Shown: positions 54,795 to 64,000 of the stretch, piece by piece
Position numbering within the stretch: the first letter of the stretch is position 1
How the letters are laid out: each line of letters begins with the position of its first letter
DNA from: Octopus vulgaris
Taxonomy: Eukaryota
DNA: 64,000 nucleotides
NCBI GenBank assembly: GCA_951406725.2
Contig: OX597822.1
Span: forward strand, 56,048,001-56,112,000
Direction of reading: 5' to 3'
Position numbers and translations under genes: made by a program
Notes under the pieces: generated by a model
What the model was told of the DNA's origin: nothing
The model's database searches: none
What the model saw: only the letters and a program-made list of their open reading frames with translations

Positions 54795-56068
54795 ATATTA
54801 AATATGAATGTTTAATATAATGTATAAATGTATGTAAGTATGTATGTGTGCATGTATGTGCATTGTTAACTTAGATATTTATGTAGGTTGCTCACATTTA
54901 TTTATTACGTGGATTTGTCCTGTGTTTTCATATGCATTAAGTCTTTGATTCGATTTAGTCTGATATTCCATTTCGTTGCTGACGGCAAATCATAAACAGT
55001 TTCTGTAATCTTACATGTTCGCAACGAAGGAGTGGTCTCTGGAGAATTTATATAATTTCCAACCGGAAACATCGATATTTTGTAAGAATCGAGTTGAATA
55101 TTACAGAAGCTTTCAAAAGAAAATATAATTTTTTTATCCTAAATGTCAGTTTATTTATAACATAATTATTTTTTGTGACATTGGCTTCAACAAAGACAAT
55201 TACATATTTCATCAAAAACGTTGCATCTGTGACCAATCCGTCTGTTTGTGTACATATATATTCATGTTTTAACTTTCCCATTTCAGTTTATAAGAACATG
55301 ACCCTTGTTGTTATTATGTCTTTATTTTGTTGCCTAGTCACCAATCCAAACCTAACATATTAGACTTATCATCATAAAGCGCTCCATCCATAATCAATCC
55401 ATCTGCCTATCTATCTTAATCCCATATTTTTACACTATTGCTTCCATGTTTGAGTAAATCTATGTTGTAATTGATGTCGCTACCGTTGTTGCAATTTGGT
55501 TATGGTGATTGTCCTTTAATCACAGATTAACCACAATGCAGCAAATTATGGAAAATATTTTATCTGCGGCAATAACGCCAAATATACTTTATGCTTGTTT
55601 TTATATATTTGGTATGACACTCTCCAATGTTCCTTATTACATTTCTTAACACAGTAGGCCCATCTGAGATAAACAGGCCTACTACTGCTAGCAGTCCAAC
55701 CAATCTGGTAGAAAGCCTCTTTCTGGTCTATCAAAACTTATTTATTATCTCGGAAGTGAAATGCAAGAAGAGAAAAATTCGTGGTATGTTAGCAAAGATT
55801 CTGAGCTTTCCGACAGAAAAGATAGAGAGAATGCACGACATATTTTCGGCAAGAGAAATTGCACTTCAAACCATCGAGTTTTACTGCATAACAGTGATCT
55901 GGTGCAGATCCTTGCACAAGAGTGAACACTGCTAAAATATTCCCATGATAATCATTGTTCATTGTCAGTGATTTCTTTTGATATACAGTTCACTGAACAT
56001 ACGGCTAAAAGTAGGAAAGACGACATTCAGCTTAATACATACATACATACATACATACATACATACAT

Positions 56069-56111
<43 letters not shown>

Positions 56112-56114
<3 letters not shown>

Positions 56115-56527
56115 GATCAAAATAAAAACATGATGCCAAGGATTCAGCGGTACATATGTTTCGGGCCTTTATTAGACAGATTTATAACAATGCATAATGT
56201 ATGTCTGTGGCCTTCTTCAGCCGCGCACAACAGCTTCCACAAGGACATGTGTTACATCAAAAATTCTTGGTTGGGGATGCAAATCCTCTCATTCGCGTAC
56301 GACATAATGCGGCAACAGCATAGAATTGAAGCGTCCATCTCTTTTTTCTCTCATTCTACATTGAGAGAAAAAAGAAAAAAGAGATGGACGCTTCAATTCT
56401 ATGCTGTTGCCGCATTATGTCGTACGCGAATGAGAGGATTTGCATCCCCAACCAAGAATTTTTGATGTAACACATGTCCTTGTGGAAGCTGTTGTGCGCG
56501 ACTGAAGAAGGCCACAGACATACATTA
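56112..56527 (-). mobile_element. HHR-bearing element with near-perfect ~150 bp-arm palindrome
   Basis: 56195-56347 vs ~56374-56527 with one visible mismatch; abuts (TA)n on the left. Confidence 0.85.
56147..56224 (-). ncRNA. Type I hammerhead ribozyme, core intact
   Basis: GCGG-CTGAAGA-aGGCC...GGCCc-GAAAC-ATAT-GTA-CCGC on the minus strand. Confidence 0.8.
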
Positions 56528-56529
56528 GC

Positions 56530-56882
56530 CTTTCTTATAGTAGGTGATCCCCATGAAAATTTTGATATCTTCTGGTATTGCGGCTACCTTTCTCAGTGGG
56601 GTAGACCTGCACATTCCATATGTCGTAGTGGTTAAGAGCGCGGGCTATTAACCGCACGATTCCGATTCGATTCCAGACAGTGATCTGAATAATAATACTA
56701 ATACTAATACTACTACTACTAAAAGTAATAATAATAACATCGAAAAATACCTTAGGAATGAGAAACCAGGTTCGAAATTTCCTCAAGACACCTGATGAAA
56801 GCTAGAGGGTATATCGGCCCAAACGTTGTGTTAACAACAAACAAGATGAGAACAAATATCCGTCAAATGTAAATAATGTATA
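56530..56882 (+). mobile_element. Element combining a tRNA-like segment with an HHR-like 3' end
   Basis: TGTCGTAGTGGTTAAGAGCGCGGGCTATTAACCGCACG..GATTCGATTCC (56621-56674); GACAC-CTGATGA...CAAAC-GTT-GTGTT (56787-56832); then (TA)n. Confidence 0.55.
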
Positions 56883-56885
56883 TGC

Positions 56886-56954
<69 letters not shown>

Positions 56955-56955
<1 letters not shown>

Positions 56956-59483
56956 TAGCTGAATGATTGATCCGGCGTTGCCCGTGTTACTGCTGTTATT
57001 ATTCACATTAGTAAACAATAAATCTAAAGATATATTCTCATAATTATTTTTAAATATCTATATTTTATTTTAAAAATATTCAAATTGCAATGGTAACAGA
57101 ATTTCGAAAGGAAAATCTGTCAATCATGAAGCACTCAGGGTAAACAATATTCATTGTGTAATTTTTTGTTGATGTGGAAATAAATAAATTGTTGCTGCTT
57201 CCAACTCGCGAGCAAACAACATAGAGTTGGCTGTGTGAGAAGCATGTAGTAGAGAGATGAAGTTCAACTACTTTGACAAATTTACCCTGAGATTTCTTAA
57301 CTGAATTACCAAAACTTATTTTGACTGGAAACTGAAGAGTCTTAAATTCAAATGGAACATGTGTAGGGATGAGAGTGTAACAAAGTACAAGTCAACATTT
57401 GTTTGGAATATGTACCAAATGTTAAAAATTCAGGATTGAATGTCACGGTGCGGAATGTCAAGCTCGAAGAAAATTCAGAAGACATAATTCAATTTTTCAT
57501 ACAAATGAATTTATTATTTTACTATTTGTTATTTTTCTGTTGTGAACGTTAATTAATTTAACACATTTGCTGAAGGATATATGTAGCAAGACATTAGTTA
57601 ATATGACATTACTCACTATGTATTTTAACTGTGTAAGGTTATAGGCTGTAGAATAAATACTAAGTAACGCAATAAAACAGTTGCACGGCGTTGAATACTC
57701 ACTCTGATAAAGTAGCATAGCAGGAATACGCTAGGACTGTTAGAAAAAGTATTATCTTCAAACTGGTTATAAGGACAAGAATAACAGTTCTGTAATTATA
57801 TTGAAAGAGCCGCTAAAGCTTTCTATTTCACCTCTATATGATTGATTGATTGATTGATTGATTCTAGTTTCAGCTCACGAGCTGTGGCCATGCTGGGGCA
57901 CCGCCATTTGGTGTTGCTACATGGTTTTACTTCACGAATGCTTTTTAGCAACTGCCATTTGGTGCATGAGAGAGTTCGATGCAGCTGCCCCCATCTGCAC
58001 CTCTTGCCGTGAAGTTGGTTCATCTGGGATACCTGACAAGAAGAGATCCAGTTTCATTTTAAAGACATCTGCATCCACCCCATGCAGGTCTCTTAGGTTC
58101 TTCGGGAGGATATTGAAGAGCTGTGGGCCTCTGAAGCCCAGGCTATCACAGTATCTTGTCCTACATCTTGATGGCAAATTTGGAGTCCTTGGCACCACGC
58201 AGTGGCGCCCAGTTCTGGCATTTGTGTAACTCTCGATGCCAAAGTTTGGGACAAGTTCTTCCAGGATCTTCCAGATGTATATTATGGCATATCTTTCTCG
58301 CCTGCGCTCTAAGGAATAGAGTTTTAATCTTTTGAGTCTTTCCCTGTAGCTTATATTCTGCACAGAGGCTATCTTCGTGTAGCTACGTTGGATCGCCTCA
58401 AGTTCTGTGATCAACTTGACACTGGATGGTGACCATAGCTGAGAGCAATAGTTAAAGTGGCTTAGGACAAGTGTCCTCCAGAGGACCATCATGGTTTCTT
58501 GTTCTCTTGTTCTAAAGGTTCTAAGAATCCATCCGGCCAGTCGTCTACATTTCATTGCCAATTTAGCAACATGCACACGAAAGGTTGCGTCATCTCTCAT
58601 GTAAATACCCAGGTCACGCACTGATTGTGCCTCTGGGATTGCAATTCCTCCGGGTCCAGTGTATTCATTGGGTATTGCATTTAGTTTTGCATGCTGATAG
58701 CATAAAGCTTGAAACTTTTCAGCATTGAACTGCATGCTATTCTTTTCAGCCCACTTGTATATTTTGTCCAGCTCACATTGCAGGCGTTTAGTGTCCTCAG
58801 GGTTCTGTATTGCCTGTGAAACTTTTGTATCATCTGCATAACTTGTGATCGTGGCTCTCTGCGTGGCTGAGGGCATGTCTGAGAGGGCCATTATGAGCAG
58901 TAGTGGTTCCAAAACAGTGCCTTGCGGAACGCCGCTCACTATTTGCGTGTTAATATAGAAATATTTTTCAGATATATTTGCGAGTGTTATGAGTGCTGTT
59001 AAATCAGCCAAATCTTCATGTTGGTTATAAAATCCAGAATAATATTTCAACACATAAGTAACGAAAATCCTTAATGCTGTTTAAACTACAAGTCTCCAAG
59101 ATGAAAAGGAAAAGCCAAACAGCGGTACTTCAAAGTGAACGCAGTTGTCTGCTCAACCTCCAGGCCGAAACTAAACTTAACTCTTTAAAAATCGGCGCGT
59201 TTCACTGTTGGGCGTTGCAGTCACATACACAAACTAAGACAGACACACATAGACATGCATTCACGCACACCTCAGGCCTATCTCTGTTCCTCTGCGTGTG
59301 TGTCTCTATCTTTAGATGTGTGTATGTGTGTATGTGGGTGGGTGTCAGTCAACAGAAAAATGTATGTCTACCGACAGACGCATGCTCCGTCAAACACATA
59401 TACTCATCAATCATCGGCCAATCGTACGTAAGGAACGCGCAAACAGACAAACATTGACAGACACATACACACTCATATAGAGA
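56955..59483 (-). mobile_element. Probable non-autonomous Helitron interrupted by the LINE at 57838-58950
   Basis: A|CTAG at 56955 with adjacent CCGGCGTTGCCCG hairpin like 20205-20235. Far end is uncertain. Confidence 0.45.
57838..58950 (-). mobile_element. 5'-truncated CR1/L2-like LINE with open RT C-terminal frame and (AATC)n tail
   Basis: SGVPQGTVLEPLL, YADDTK, MQFNAEKF, VRDLGI, YCSQLWSP, LYSLERRRERY; stop at 57932; tail repeats 57838-57863. Confidence 0.93.
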
Positions 59484-59757
59484 ATATGACGTGGAGGTAG
59501 TGGTGGTGGTATAAAAATTTGTTTCCGATAGTTGACTCAGAGAAAGATTATAATTTTAAAATTTTTAATGTAAATATGTAAATGAAAATAAAGTCTATTT
59601 GCTAGCCGAACGATTACTGAATGTTTTGATACCTCATACGTCAGAATCGGCAACACAGTTTCGAAACCACATTGAACATATGCACACACACACGCACACA
59701 CACACACACTTTTATATTTTAAGATACATGTTATATATATACATACATACATAAATA

Positions 59758-59819
<62 letters not shown>

Positions 59820-59834
59820 GGTTCAGTAAAATTT

Positions 59835-60035
59835 AGATTCAAATGAATATGGTACTTAAGTTAGATGCACCAGAATTTTGTATGGTGTTATCCATATAAA
59901 TCCATGGGGTAATTATAATCATAATAAACAACAAGAATATCTTCGGTAATTTGGTCCGATCGTTTCACGCTACATCATTTTATTAAATATTGTAAGTATT
60001 ACAACAATTTTAAAATGTTGAGCAATCGTCAGCCA
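59835..60035 (-). mobile_element. Diverged single copy of the 26491-26825 family
   Basis: ATGAATATGGTACTTAAG..CAGAATTT..TTATCCAT..CGATCGTTTCA..GAGCAATCGTCAGC is the reverse complement of the 26630-26825 unit. Confidence 0.7.
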
Positions 60036-60153
60036 TTTATAGAGCCTTTCCATTAATACATAATTTTCATATTAATTGAGAACATTATAGAGAAGGTAGA
60101 CATATAGACAAAGATGTTTATATAATTATCGAAGATATTCTTGTAGCTTATTT

Positions 60154-60189
<36 letters not shown>

Positions 60190-60536
60190 CAGTTATTTTG
60201 GGGGTGTCATATAACTACACATGCATTTACTCGGACAATCTGCCCTCTTTCCACTTCTTTGGACCGTTTCCATTATTCAAGGAGGAGTCATGCTTTAACG
60301 TCGTTTCTACTTGTACTTTTCGTCGAACATCAATTTAAGATATTCACTGTGAACGTCAAATTGACTTTTGTTTTCTTTCTCCTGCTTTATTTTTGTGCTT
60401 GGATTTGCAACATATAGTATGTATGTATGTATATACATATATATATATATGTGTGTGTGTGTGTGTATACATATATGTATTATATATATATAATATATAT
60501 ATATATATATACATATACATACATACAAACACATGC

Positions 60537-60577
<41 letters not shown>

Positions 60578-61999
60578 CCTATATATACGCACATGCATGC
60601 ACATACATATACATATGTTATAGTAGAAATATGTTATATGCATATTACACACATTCCCATATGTACGAGTTTGTGCGTATGTGTGTGTACGTGTGTGAGT
60701 GTTTGAGTATATTTCGGTATATGATTATATATGATGAAATGCAAATATTTATATGATATATCCACATGCTTTCTCGTTTAAGCTATGTTGCGTGTGTGTT
60801 GGAATTATTATATTTTCCCACTTTATGTAGCATGTGCGTGGCTGATGGCGAATTGTAAACAATTTGTGCAAGTCTAAACATGTAAAACGATACAAAGGTC
60901 TCTGGAGATATTTTTAAAATAATTTCTGATCATAAACATAAATGTTCAGCTGGAATCAAAAGAGTAGTATCTCTGCTGGGAGTTTTTGCAATTTGTTTCT
61001 GAGAAACTAAACTTAGGTCTCAGTTTGTTTCTTAGTGATAATGAAAATGACACGTAAATGCCTACTGCTAGTGTTTTCTACCAAGCACTCTGTATTTATT
61101 TCAAACTGTTTTATAAGGTATTGAATATTGGCGGAGGCTATGGCTCTTCTAGTCGAAAATAACTTTTGATTAACATGTTTTCAGCGACCCGTCCTTAGAC
61201 TTGCCAAAGCCTTGTGAATATACATTGGTGGGAGGAAATTATACGTAGACATGTCACACATGCACCGACATGCACACATATTTACATATATTGTTAATAA
61301 CATCAGGAAATTAAAATCAGAAAATTCTTCAGAAATATATTTAAATGTGTAGAATAATTATTGTATTAAAATATAAATACATATATATATATATATATGT
61401 AAATATATAACAATAAATATGACAGTTTAAAATTTAATAGTTTAAAATTAAGTTTTTAAAGCATTTTACGATCGTGTCGCAAAAGTATTGTCTCTATAAT
61501 GGAATCCTATATTGATAAACTTTTATAGACAATACTTCCGCTCTTCAGAGATATAAAATGTGAAGCTTGTATGATTTATCGAATGGTAGTTTAAAAAAAA
61601 AATATGAAGTAATATGGGAAAGTGATGTTTGTTTGAAATATAAATTAAAAGTTACTCTTTTTCATTTTGGTACGTACACTTTAGTATGAGAATCTTGAAA
61701 TCCGTATATGCCTTCTTGGTAAGTCTTCTGCCGTAATCCATGATAAATTTTGTATAATATATATTTCTTTATTGCTCATAAGGGGCGCACATAGATAGGA
61801 TAATACAAGACGTGTGGGACACACAACAAAAATTTTAAATTATGACAATGTGAACGAAAAATGAAAATGAAAATGGAACTACACTCCTCACTTACGATCA
61901 GCACTATTTTCTACCTTTTAAAATCGATCCTTCTAACATGTCAAAGCCCGTTTCCTCTAATAATCTGTCATAAGTTGTGTAACTTGGAAGAAAGTCCTA

Positions 62000-63100
62000 G
62001 TCGTAGTCCAACACTTTTTTCTACTTTGTGTTTTGCTTTGAGGGAGGGGTTTGCACTTCTTTGTGTGTTTTTGTTTCTGAAGGGGAGGGTGGGTCTAAGA
62101 AGGTGTCGATTGGGGTTTACAGTTCAATTCACTTGCCTTCTTCCCTCTCTTCTTGTGGTCTTTTCCCATTTAACCTGTGTTTCTGCTACTTCCTCTTCCT
62201 TTCTGGGGCTGTCTTCTTTTTCCTCCTCCGTATTATTTGGTTGCTTCTCTTCTGCTTTTCTGGTCCATGTCATGCAGTCTGATCTAATGTGACCCTTTAG
62301 GTCACATTTAAAGCAGCGTGGAACTCCGCCTTCGACCCTGACTGTCATTACTGTTTCCTCCATTATTTTTGATTCCGTGATTTTTTCCAAACTTTCATTT
62401 GTTCCTTGTATTTAGCGTATGTCCCTTCCAATGTACGCAATAATTGATTGCGACCTGGAAAACCACTATGCAATCCTCATTTCCAAGGAGAACAGCGTCT
62501 GCCACCCAGGCCACATCAATTTCTGGTGGGATCCCTTCGACATTGATTCTCGTAGCTTTCATTCCTCGGTAAGGGGGCAAAAGCATCACTTGCTCACTCC
62601 TGATAGTTGTCGCCGCCCGTTTTCCCTCTGATGCTGCATCTCGAGACCTTGCCTCCATTACACCGAACATCGAACCTTCGTCAGGTACACTATATCATTC
62701 CAAATTGGCCTCAGTGCCTTTTCTACCTGTTCTGTAGTGACAATATCTATCTTACCTTTACTTATCGAAAACGTTCGATACGTTATTGTTTTCTCCTTTA
62801 TCCTGTTTCGTATTTCTTGCGTTGGCGATAAGTTTACCTCGAAACCATCACGATACATTTCACCTCAATATTCAATTCGGTCTCCTGACATTTTGCCACA
62901 TCGACAAAATTTCTTTTATCCGCTTTCAGTTTATAGTCCATTTTCAGGGCCACCTCCAATAACTCTTCCTCGACCGACGATATGTCTGAGAAGCTATAAT
63001 TTCTACAGACATGCCTTTGCCAAGCTATCTCTCCTCTTACGACAAAAGAAAGCACAAACAAACAAACGAAGACGCACAAACCGTTGTGAAGCAGCACAGA
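62000..63100 (-). pseudogene. Decayed gag-like LINE ORF1 with CCHC zinc knuckle
   Basis: Four consecutive frameshifted minus ORFs; RINVEGIPPEI and VEGGVPRCFKCDLKGHIRSDC (CX2CX4HX4C) followed by a Glu/Lys-rich tail. Confidence 0.75.
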
Positions 63101-63646
63101 TATATTTTAACTGATACTTTCGACAAATATAGTTTTTAGACGCAGATAATATAAAATGTATGCAAAATTATAAAATTATAAAGTGGTCAAAGTATTTCTT
63201 TTATATTTTTATTTGTATAATTGCATGCTGCCAATTTAAATTTTTTAATTTAATGCGACTGTAAATGTCCATTTATTATAGATTACATGTACACGGGTTC
63301 TAATTATAAGAATACCTATTCAGCATTCATTTAATGAATAATTTATGACATGTAAATGAGCGTATACTCAAATAATTTATCTATCAATCTGTTTGTAAGT
63401 ATCACCTTATTTTGATATCACTACAAAAAACAAAACGTATATATATATAATACAAATAAGAAAATGGAGAAACAAATTTATTTCAGTCAACTTACAGATA
63501 TTACCATTTCATATTATTTATTAACTATATAAATAGGAACATCCAAATCGAACAAAACAATATACATCAATATGCAAGATAATAATAAGATATGAAAGAT
63601 ATATATATAGTCGCTAATCTAAATCTTTATTAGATCTTATATAATA

Positions 63647-64000
63647 CTAGCAGCTAAGCCCGGTTTCGCCCGGTTGGTTTGGATGATATGGCAGTAAAAC
63701 CTGCTCTGTGTAAGCATTCGACTTGTTTGGGCACGCTTACGTTAAGAAACAAATTTACAATGACTTTTTTCTGTCAAAACGCTAAAAATAACTGACTGAA
63801 AAGAAAACCAACCAAGATTCATCCAAATCAAAGACATAAACCCAAATACTAAGCGAACAAAGATGAACTATCCCACCTCCATTACGCGCGCACATGCACA
63901 CACACAAACACTCAGACACACACATTCACATTCACATACCCCATTTTACATGCACACACATATATTCACACAGAGTTGAAACGCCGTTTGATATATTTTT
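63647..64000 (-). mobile_element. Helitron 3' end running off the window
   Basis: A|CTAG at 63647 then GCCCGGTTTCGCCCGGT hairpin, as at 20205 and 56955. Confidence 0.6.

Noticed and set aside
55546-55935. Possible L1/Tx1-type RT relic (IDQKEAFYQIGW)
   Set aside because: Only one weak motif match; too degenerate to call.
58951-59053. N-terminal ~35 aa of the 373 aa ORF as a true start
   Set aside because: AT-rich flank read through in frame into a 5'-truncated LINE; RT similarity begins at about IVSGVPQG.
60185-60418. Short element bounded by TATGTTGCA / TGCAACATA
   Set aside because: Inverted ends are too short and partly microsatellite; no intact HHR or second copy in the window.

Overview
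AT-rich, microsatellite-saturated animal DNA. The SINE families, (TA)n/(CA)n density and TE mix point to an octopus or other coleoid cephalopod (inference). The only host-gene piece I can support is a 22-codon signal-peptide first coding exon (5217-5282, +) ending at a strong AAG|GTAAG donor. The remaining ~58 kb looks like one large intron filled with TE relics: three SINE families, CR1/L2-like, RTE and R4/Dong-like LINE fragments, two mariner relics, one Rep/helicase Helitron plus non-autonomous Helitrons, and many Penelope-like element (PLE) pieces. The most striking unexplained structure is a recurring unit: a short element in or next to (TA)n, carrying a type I hammerhead ribozyme (HHR) motif, usually with an inverted copy of part of itself that forms a long hairpin. 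I count about a dozen HHR-like motifs and about ten inverted duplications. Most listed ORFs are microsatellite artefacts. Coordinates were read by eye and element ends are approximate.
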